Shown here piece by piece: positions 27,101 to 36,600 of a stretch of 64,000 bases of DNA. The DNA is from Protoeuglena noctilucae (taxonomy: Eukaryota). Below the pieces are notes generated by a model, which saw nothing but the letters and a program-made list of their open reading frames with translations, did no database searches and was not told where the DNA came from. Position numbers and translations under genes: made by a program. Position 1 is the stretch's first letter, and every line of letters starts with the position of its first letter. The DNA lies in assembly GCA_958009085.1 (NCBI GenBank), contig OY253676.1, positions 744,001 to 808,000 on the forward strand. The letters are read 5' to 3'.

Positions 27101-29821
27101 CAGACCGACAGCGCCACGATGGCCAGGTCGAACACGTTGCCGCCGTCCGTGAAGAACGCGTGCGCGCCCAATCCGTGCAGCTTCAGCGCCGACTCGGCCG
27201 CGAACAGCGCCGTGAAGACCGCGTTGCCGATGAAGATGGCCGTCTCGTATTCCCTCGACATGCCGTAGTGGCTGACGGCCAGAAGCGCCACGTTGCCGAT
27301 CACGAGGGCCAGGAAGGCCACGGGGAACCACGGCTGGTCGATGACGCCCAGCGCCCACACCTGCGACTGCAGCCAGGCCTGGCGCAGCCACAAGGGCACC
27401 CAGCGGGAAGCGGCGAGGTCGGACTGGGACATGGTTTGGTAGAACTGCAGCGACGCGCGCGCGGAGGATGCCCGCTGGCTGGCTGCCTTGACTGCCCTGG
27501 CCTCGACCTGCGCAGGAGACGAGTGGGTGTGGTGGTGAGTGCGTGGGGGCATGCGTGTCGCCATGTGTCCATGCACGCGCGCTTGCTTGTGGCGAGATTG
27601 CAGACGGTGCAATGGTCGGCGGCGACACTGTCCATGGCATGGATTACGCCCCTGTCATCAGCGTGGCTAACCTGTTCCATACTTGGCCGCCATGCTGATG
27701 CATAGGACGCCGAGGCCATCATACGGTCCTTGGTCATCTTGGCTGGCCCCGCCGTCAGGCTCAGGGCCGAGTGGAGAGTGCCAGAAACGTGCACCGCTGG
27801 CGAGGCTGCGGCCTCGGTCGGCGCGATGTCCCCTAGCTTGATCTCCAAGACACCGAGGAGGATGTTGATCACCAAGTAGTACCCCATCAGCACGAGCAGC
27901 ACGAACCACAGCACGATCGCCCAGGACGTGCCGTCCACCACGCGGTACATGATGAAGCTCCACCCCGCGAGCGTGGCCTGGGGGTGCACGAGCAGGGACG
28001 CGTCAGCACCGGCATTGTTACACGAGCCGAGCACCCACGCGTCATCCAGGGTCCACTCCCTCACCATCTGAAAGGTCGTGAGCATGGCGACGCCCAGGTT
28101 GTCGAAGCTGGGGCCCGCTTTGGGGTCGTCGGCGCGGAGGGCGCACACGGGGAAGTCTGCGGGACACTTGCGCGCGCCCCCGCATCCGAATTCCAGCGGG
28201 TGCGGGAGCTGGTTTGTTTGTTCGAAGGTGAGCGTGATGGGATCGTAGCAGTGGCGGTGGAAGGCGCTCTGGAAGACGTCGCTGAGCGAGCTGACGGAGA
28301 AGAGCAGAAGCACGAAGGCGAGGAGCGTGAAAACGTGGCCGATGAGCGACAGGCCCCGGGTGCACGCGCTCAGGATGAAGTGCATGGCGGGGATGCGGGA
28401 GCCGAGGCGGAGCACGCGGAGGATCCTAAGAGCCTGCAGGGCCGACACCACGCGCGCGGCCGACGAGTCGCGGTCGGCGATCGCGAGCGGCAGGTAGCCC
28501 AGGACCACGAGGGCCACGTCCAGGGCATCGGCTGGGCTGCGAAGGTAGGGTAAGGGCCCTCCGCGCCAGACGAGCAGTGCGAGGAGCTCGGCGGTGAAGG
28601 CAGCGTTGGCGGCCACGTTCGCCCAGAAGAGAGACCTGTGGGGGTGGCGGTGTGGGTGGCGGCGAGGGTGGCGGCGAGGGTATGCAATTATGGCATCATG
28701 GGCCTCCAAGCAACGCGTCCGCCTTAGCAAGAAAAGCGAGCATGCGGGAGATGTGAGAGCAACTCACTCGTTCCACGGCGAAGCCGACGGCTCTGAGGGA
28801 CGGTACATGCACAGAGCGCAGCAGTTGCCAAGAATGACGATCGCCATGGCCCCTTGGACCGCCCCCTGGACCCAGGGGTGGGCCAACACCGCACCGGGAC
28901 CGTGGACGGACGCCCACGCAGAGTCCGCCCCGACCCGGGACGCCGCAAGCGTCGAGGCGCCCTCCCCGGGAGTCGGCCCGTCCGACGATTTGCGGGGGTC
29001 GCTGACGGTGCGGCGGACCAGAGGCCCAATCATCAGGATGGACCCCAGATCGGCGCCCCCACCGTCACGCCCACCCTCGGGATGCTGCGCCCCGTCCCCC
29101 ACCCCTTCCTGGCTCCTCCGCGCCTGGGGCGTGCCCGTACCTTCCCCCTCCGCGTCTGTTTCTGGCACGCAAGAGGGGATGCCCGCAGGCACGCGCACAC
29201 GCCCCGCTAACGGCCGCTGGTCGAACACGATCTTGCTCCTGGTCACCCGCACGAGCTGCCTGCCGCTGGCGTTGCCCGGCGCGGTGCCGGGGGCGGCGTC
29301 GCTGCCCCTCATGGTGTCCGCCGACGCGGCACTGGGGCGGTCCAGTCGTATCGCTCTCGCGACCGGGTCGGCAAAGATGTCCTGGATAAAAACGCCCTTC
29401 TCTATCAGTCGCAGCGAGGCGCGGCGGACGGTCTGGAGCCCTCCCAGGGATTCGACCAAGGGACCATCCGCGGACACGAGGAAGCGCGGCGCTCGGTGCG
29501 ACCGCGCCTCGGGCCTGCGGGAGAAAGACGCGATGCCAATGATCGTGAGACGCGGTCGTGTGCGCGCGATCGTGAATGCGCAGTTCATGTATGCGGCGTG
29601 ATTTTGGATTGTGAGAGAGGGCGCAGCTGCGTGGCACACCTGTGCTGCCCGGATGGCATGGGGCTGCTCGACCAGGGCTCGATGCGCCCATCGCTGCCCG
29701 TGTTCGGCACATCGGCATCGCCATGGCGGGCGCTTGGCTCGGCGCCGCGCTCGTTGTCCTCCCACGCCTGCATCTGGGTGCGCAAGGCCTTGCCGGGAAG
29801 GACGCCTGACGACGTGGGCAT
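21197..29821 (-). CDS. Four-domain voltage-gated cation channel alpha subunit (Cav/Nav-like)
   Basis: Four S4 segments (ALRILRVLRL, LRVVRILRLLRVLRVFK, LRAFRALRPVRLL, IRLLRLLRVLRVVRR). Four P-loops (TLAGW, TLENW, TFDGY, TADEW). EF-hand-like C-terminus WAALDDGSGYV...LGPPLG. Long II-III linker. Start uncertain. Confidence 0.92.
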
Positions 29822-30642
29822 CAGCGCGTCATCAGGCGTGGGGCGCCCGGGCTCGCCCCCTGCACAAACGAGCCGTGCGGAGCAGGTGTTGTTATCCCGC
29901 CGCGTGCACGCATCGCGAGCACCCGCAACTCAGGTCAAGAGCATAACTGCCCTGGTGATCACCTGGCCCGGCTTCTGTCATCGTGGCAGTCCTCTATCCA
30001 TCAATCCAATAGTCGACTTGGGCCCGGTAATGCTCGGGCAGTGGGACGGCACCCAGTGACGGGGTGCCCGTCACGTGGCAGGGGCAAATCCCTGCCACCT
30101 CGCCTGCAGGACACGACACGGTCGACCGCTTCGATCACGATCTGCCAACAATACTAGGAAACGGCTCCACACCCAGGCGCGCGCAATGGCGTGCTGGGCG
30201 AGGGCCCTCGCGTGAGAGGTCTTCGAGGCGTGGTGGTCCCAAGCGATGACGGCTCGGTTGACCCTCCCCACCCGAACTCCGTACACCATTTGATCGTTTT
30301 CGTCCACTCCGCCGGAAGCGCGGATGCGAGGGGCCTCGGGACGCAAGCGGCCAAACACTCACCGTCAAACGCGCCCGCACGGTCCTCCCGACCAGCACCC
30401 AATAATTTTAGTCACTTAAACCCATAGACCTTGCGCGCAACGGGTCGCCGTGATCCGCTTTGCTCGGTCGGCCCGACGCCACTGACACAATTCGGGCATC
30501 AGGGCAATCGGCCGGATCGTCCTCCTGTGCCCATCCTCGTGCGTTCCAGTTCGGCACGTAGAGAGGCACCGGTCGGTAGTCGGACGATGATGGTGTAGGA
30601 CCCTGGGCCCGCCGGCCACCAAGCGATACCTGCCGCGCAATC

Positions 30643-33600
30643 ATGTGCCGCCTTATGTGCTACACGGGCTCCCCCATCCTGCTGGCGGAGGTGCTCACTT
30701 GGCCAAAACGGTCGATCATCAAGCAGAGCTACGATGCGCGAGAGCGTCTGCTCGACCCCACGCTGCCCCAGCACCTGGGGCACGGCAACCTCAACGGCGA
30801 CGGCTTTGGGATCGGGTGGTACGGCGAGGTCATGCATTGCAAGCATCAGGTGAAGGTTCCGGCGCGCGCGTCGGCCGCCGGGAGCCAGGCTGGGCGAACG
30901 CACGGCCCCATGAGTGCTGCGCCAGCGCTGCTCCCTGCGCTGCGGTGCACCCACAGGCGTCCGGATGTACGCTTGTCGTAGCTTTCTGTTATAATGTCAC
31001 TGCGGCTGTGAGAGTCGAGGCGGAGGGGGACGCATCGTCGCGCACTTTCCACCCTCCTGACGTGCCGCAGAGCATCAACCCCTGCGTGTTCACCTCGGTG
31101 ACTCCCGCGTGGAACAACCTTAACCTGGATCGTCTCGCGAGGAAAATTGTGTCGCCTCTGATCTTCGCGCACGTCCGGGCCGCCTACCCGGGCATGCCCG
31201 TCTCGGAGCAGAACTGCCACCCCTTCCAAGGTGCGCGCGCGCGACCCCGCCCCACCGCCGGCGCGCGGTCCTGCAGACGTCATGCATGCGCTCAGCCCTA
31301 CTCGGGGAAATTGCCACGGAATTCTGCGCCGCGTCGAGGCGCGCGTTCTCCGTGCGCACGTTGGGCTCGTGTCCCCGGCGCGCAGTGGGCCCCTACATGT
31401 TCATGCACAACGGCGTCGTGGGCGGGTTTGCGAAAATAAAGCGCGCGATTCTCGGGGAGCTCTCCCCCGCGGCTTTCGACACCGTACAGAGCTTCCATTC
31501 CGACTCCGCGGTCGTCTTCTCCCTCTTCCTCCACCATCTCGGCATCTCGCCGGGCGGCGACGTCCCCCGGCGGCCTGCAAAGGAGGCGAGTCGCGCACGC
31601 CAGCCGCCGCTGCTGCGATCGGCCTCCGCGGCGCGCCCTGTTCGGCTTGCAAAGTGCTTGCGTCGCTTCACGCGCCCGCCCCGCCCCCGCAGATGCTGCG
31701 GGCGATGGAGGACACCATCGCGTGCCTTTTGCGCATCCAGCGCGAACACGGCGTGGCCGACCAGCTCTCCCTGATGAACTTCGTCGTCTCCGACGGAACG
31801 AGCGTGGTTGCCACGCGGTTCGTGTGGCCTGAGGGGTCCGCGGCCTCCTCTCTTTACTACGCGGAGGCGTCCGGGTTCCACCGCATCGATGAGCTCGCCG
31901 AGGGGGCGGGGGAGAGCCCCGCGGGGTGCCGTCCGCCGGACGAGATGGAAGCCGAGGCGAGCGTGCGAGCATGCGTGCGTGGGTCACAGTGGGGCAGCGT
32001 GGGGTATGGGAGCTGAGGCCAGCTAACCACTTTCACAGTAGTATCACATACAACTAGTATGTATTGTCGCGTGCGGTCTTAACTTGCCATCCCCGTCCAG
32101 TCCCGTGTCCGTCACACCTGCTGCCTCACCACCTCCACCACCCCCGGTGTTCCCCACCTGCAGTACTGCATCTTGCGCCACGGCGATAAGTGCTCCCGCA
32201 TGGCCATCATCGCCAGTGAGCCCATCACGGGATCCTCGCTCGATTGGATTCCCGTGCCCACCAACCACGCCCTGGTGGTGACCAAGGATGAGGCGGGCAT
32301 CGTCAATGTCATGCGATCGCCCATCGAAGTGCAGGGTGAGTGACAAGGGGTGGTGGATGGGTGGGTAGGAAGCTGGGCGAAGTGCAGGGTGAGCGACTGC
32401 GGGTGGAGGGTGGGATGCCGGAAGATGTGCAGGGTGAGCGACGAGGGGTAGTGTGGGTGGGATGCGGTTGAAAAGCATGTATGCCGACGATGCCATGCCG
32501 TACAACTCAGGATTCACTCCGAAGTCCCGCAGCCGCATGTGCTCCATCCCCACCTCAAAGCCACCACTTCACTGCCCCCAGAGCCCCACAGCAGCCGGCA
32601 TACCGACACCGCCCTCTGCCTGGACGCACTGGCGGAGGGCAGCTCGACCCCCTCGCACGCCTGGGTGCACCAGCGGGGCGTGGCGGCGCATCTGGGCAGG
32701 CGGGGCCGCGCCAGGGGCAGGGGCGGAGGCGCGGGACGGGGGCGGGGATGCGCGGGCGACGAGGGGGCGTGGGAGGGGCCGGGGAGCCTGGGGGCGGTCA
32801 ATTTGGTGAGGAGAGAGAAGAGTGGCTGTGCGGGGTGCTTGGACCTGAACCCTGGATCGCTGCTTCTCAACTAACTTCCCCTGTGACATCACATGTACAT
32901 TATACATGTGATACTAAAGCAGAGTGCCACTCTCCTCCCGCTTCACTCTCCCCAGGCCTCCTCCTTCCCCACCGAACACATGATGATGAGCAGCAGCGTG
33001 GCGAGTGTGGCCGTGTCTGGCAACCCCAGCCGGCGGACATCCCTGGACTCGTCCCATTCCTACCTCCCGGCCGTGACGCGGACGGGATTCGAACTCGAGA
33101 CCCCTGCGGCGACAGCGGCGGCGCCCGTCCTGCCAGGCGAGCCGGCGAAACGCCAGTGCCACCGTACACACCCCTGCGCCCAAGCAGGCCGACCAGAGCC
33201 GCCGACTCATCAGTCACTCCATCCGTATCTGCTGTTCGTCAGTTTCCATGATTGTAATCCTATAATATGCTCATATTATCGGCCATTCGCATAATGCATA
33301 AAACATCACAAGCTTCCCTTGACCCCACGCAGGCGACCCCACCTGGCCCGACGACCCCAGGGCCTCCCTCTCGCCCCACCTCCCCGACCCCATCCCAGAG
33401 AACGGCGTCCCCGCGGCCCCAACCCTCTCCCACCCCCGCGCCCTCCCTGCCAGCGCCCTCGCCGCGCAACTGGGGGAGCGGTCGCGGTTGGGCCAGGTGC
33501 AACTCCGCCCCTCAGCTCTGGGACCCCCGGGGTCACTTGGCGATGGCTCTCGCCCCGGCAGTGGCTCTATCCCGCCCTGCACGCCGTCGCTGTCGCTGAA

Positions 33601-36600
33601 TGAGGACGCGAGCCTGGAGCGCCACAGCCAGGCCGTGCAGTGCCTGGCGCTGCATGGGTGGTGCCTGTTCTCCAGCAGCATGGACTGCACCATCCAGGCG
33701 AGTGGTCGTGTCGTGTGTGAAATGATCCACTCATCATAAGAGCTGTCTTTTGTCAAGTGGCATGGGCTGTACGATGCAGGTGTGTCTACTGCATTCGCAG
33801 CACGTTCTCTCTTTCCTGCAACCCCTCAACCCCACCCTCCACACACAGGTCTGGGACCTGCGCACCCTGTCTCACGTGGCTGAGCTTCGTGGTCACTCCA
33901 TGCCCGTGCTTGCGCTGCTGGTGCGGGACCCCGTGCTGCTGTCGTGTGCTGGGCGCACCGTACGGCTGTGGTGCCTCGACACCTTCCAGTGCCTCAAGGC
34001 AGTGGTGAGTGCGTGGGTGATTGGGGCTGTGATTGCGAGTTTGGTGAGTGCTTGAATGGGCGTGACTGTGGCTGCTGTGGCTCGAGTCCCATCAGCTCCG
34101 CCCACGTTACGCCTCTCCCATCCCCTCCGCAGTCCCTCGAGCAGCCCAAGTCGCGTTCCATGGCCATGTCGATGGCGCTGGGCGAGGACGGGACCCTGTG
34201 GGTGGCCCGTGCTGATTCGAAACTGGAGAGGTACGCGTTTGAAGTCGGCAACGACCAGGGCGGGGAGTCGCTGGACAACGAGGCGACGGACGTCCGGAAG
34301 CCGGAGGTGAGGCGGTGTTGGGAGGGGTGGGGTGGTAGGAGGGGTGGGGTGCGAGGGGTGGTGCGAGAGGGAGGGGTGAGAGGGGTGGGGTGGTAGGGGG
34401 AGTGGGGTGAGAGGGGTGGGGTCGGTGATCACTGTGCGGAAGCCGGAGGTAAGAGGTTTGGGTCTGAAGTGGTGGGATGAGAGGGGTGGGGTGTCGGGTG
34501 CGATGAGCAATGCGAGAGAGGGTGACCGATACAGAAACTAGCAATCCACTTTTGACCCACGTCAGCTTAGTTGTCAGCTTAGTTGCTACTTTCAATTTTC
34601 TCATCTCTTTCCCTCTCTCTCCACCGCAGTGCTTCACGTCCCACTCTTCCCCGGAGTCTCACGCGGGGGCGGTCATGTGCGTGCGTGAGGTGGGGGCGCA
34701 CGTAGTGACTGCCAGCACCGACTCGACGGTCCGGGTGTGGGACAAGGCGACGCTGGAGCACGTCAAGACGCTCAGGGGCCACCGGGGGGCGGTGCTGGCG
34801 CTGGCATGCGTGGGGCCGTACGTGCTGAGCGGAGGGAGGGACAACGCGATACGGGTGTGGGACATGGAGGCGCTGTGCTGCCGGAGGACGCTGGTGAGGG
34901 AACGGAGGGCGAATGTTGTGCATGATGAAAGTCTCATCATCAACAGTGTCCATGGTGTAACGTCCTAAGGTCCTATCCCTACCCTAACCCTAACACCGCC
35001 CACCTCACCACCACCACCACCACCACCACTCTCTCTCCCCCCCACCGCCCACACACCACCACCACCACCCACTCTCTCTCCCTCCCCCGCAGCTCGGCCA
35101 CCGCAACGACGTCCTCCACCTCTCCGGCACCCCCTCCCCGAATGGCCCCTCGCGCATGTCGGACGGCTGGCTGGCGAGCTCCGGCGTACCGTGCGCCTCG
35201 CCCACCACGCCCACCTCCCCAGCCCGCCTGGGCGACGCGTCGTTGTGGGAAGAGGAGCCCGCGCACCTCTCGTGGCTGTTCACGTCCACGTCTGCCGATG
35301 GCACGGTGCGGCTGTGGAGCGCACGCGACTGGACCACTTTGCACGTCTTCGCCTTCGACGAGCCCAACCCGCAGGACGTCGGTGAGTGGGGGTGGGGGTG
35401 GGGGTGCGGGTGCGGGCGTGGGTAGTAAGTGTGGGTAGTGAACGTGTCTGTTGACTCAGTCCTACCTTCCAAGTCCACATCTCTCCACATCTCTCCACAT
35501 CTCAACCCCTCCCTGCACCCTCCTCCAACCCCATCCCCTCTCTCCTCATCCCCAGGCCTCTTCCTGTCCGCCATCGTCGGCCCCACCTCCGTCATCACCG
35601 CATCTCACGACGGCACCATCCGGCTCTTCCACTCCCACGCCCTCATCGCACCCGCGGAGCCCGGCCCGCAACATCCCCACGCCCACGCCCATGCTCATGC
35701 TGCCCACACCCACGCTGCCCACGCCAGCGCGGCTCAGCCTGCCACCAACTCAGCTCAGCTCGCCAACGGCACTGCAACGGCCACCACCACTGCCACCGCC
35801 CGCCGCCCCCGCACCAATGCCTCCCAGAGCCCCGCGGCCTCCCCCCGCGTCCCGACCGGCGCCGCGCTCCCTCAGCCGACCGGCGACATGCGCCTGTCCG
35901 GTGCGGCACGCGATATGCGCCTGCAGCAGGTCCTAAAACAGCTGGTGCGCATCCGGTCGGTGTCCCCGGACCCCGCCGCCCGCGACGAGTGTTTTCGTGC
36001 CGCCAAGTTCCTCACGCGGCTGCTGGAGGTGGAGTTGGGTGCGGAAGTGGCGCTGGCCACGCCCAGGGACCCGGTGCACGACGAGGATTTGAATCCGGTG
36101 GTCATTGGGCGCGTGGGGAACTTCGCCAGGAAGGGGGTGCCCACGGGTGAGGGAGGGATGGGGCGGGGGTGGGGTTGCTTAAGGGTGAGGGGTGGGGTTG
36201 CCCATGGGTGAGGGACTGATGGGGTTGTGGGTGGTATGGGGGTGTCGGGTGTCTAAGCATGAGGGATGGGAGATGTTCTGTGGAGTGGGGTTGCGGTCGG
36301 GACGCTTCACAACTACTGCACCATTGTCACTCCTCTCCCCCACCCTTTATTCCTCCTCTCTACTCTCTCATATTCCCCCAGTGTGTTTCTACGGCCACTA
36401 CGACGTGCAGCCCACACACAACTTACCTACTCTCTTCTCCCACCCCTCCAGTGTGTTTCTACGGCCACTACGACGTCCAGCCCGCCCACAGCTCCGAGGG
36501 CTGGCGCCACGCCCCCTTCGACACAACATTGGTGAATGGCTACCTGTACGGTCGCGGCGTGAGCGACAACAAGGGGCCGGTGCTGGGGTTCGTGTACGCG

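Noticed and set aside
30643..32335. EgtC (ergothioneine) assignment for the amidotransferase
   Set aside because: The fold is related, but the SII.QS.D.R.R and TPAWNN motifs and the fusion to WD40-M20 fit Dug3 better. A phylogeny is still needed.
34972..35000. ccctaaccctaa telomere-like motif
   Set aside because: Only about two units inside a C-rich intron end; chance or slippage is sufficient.
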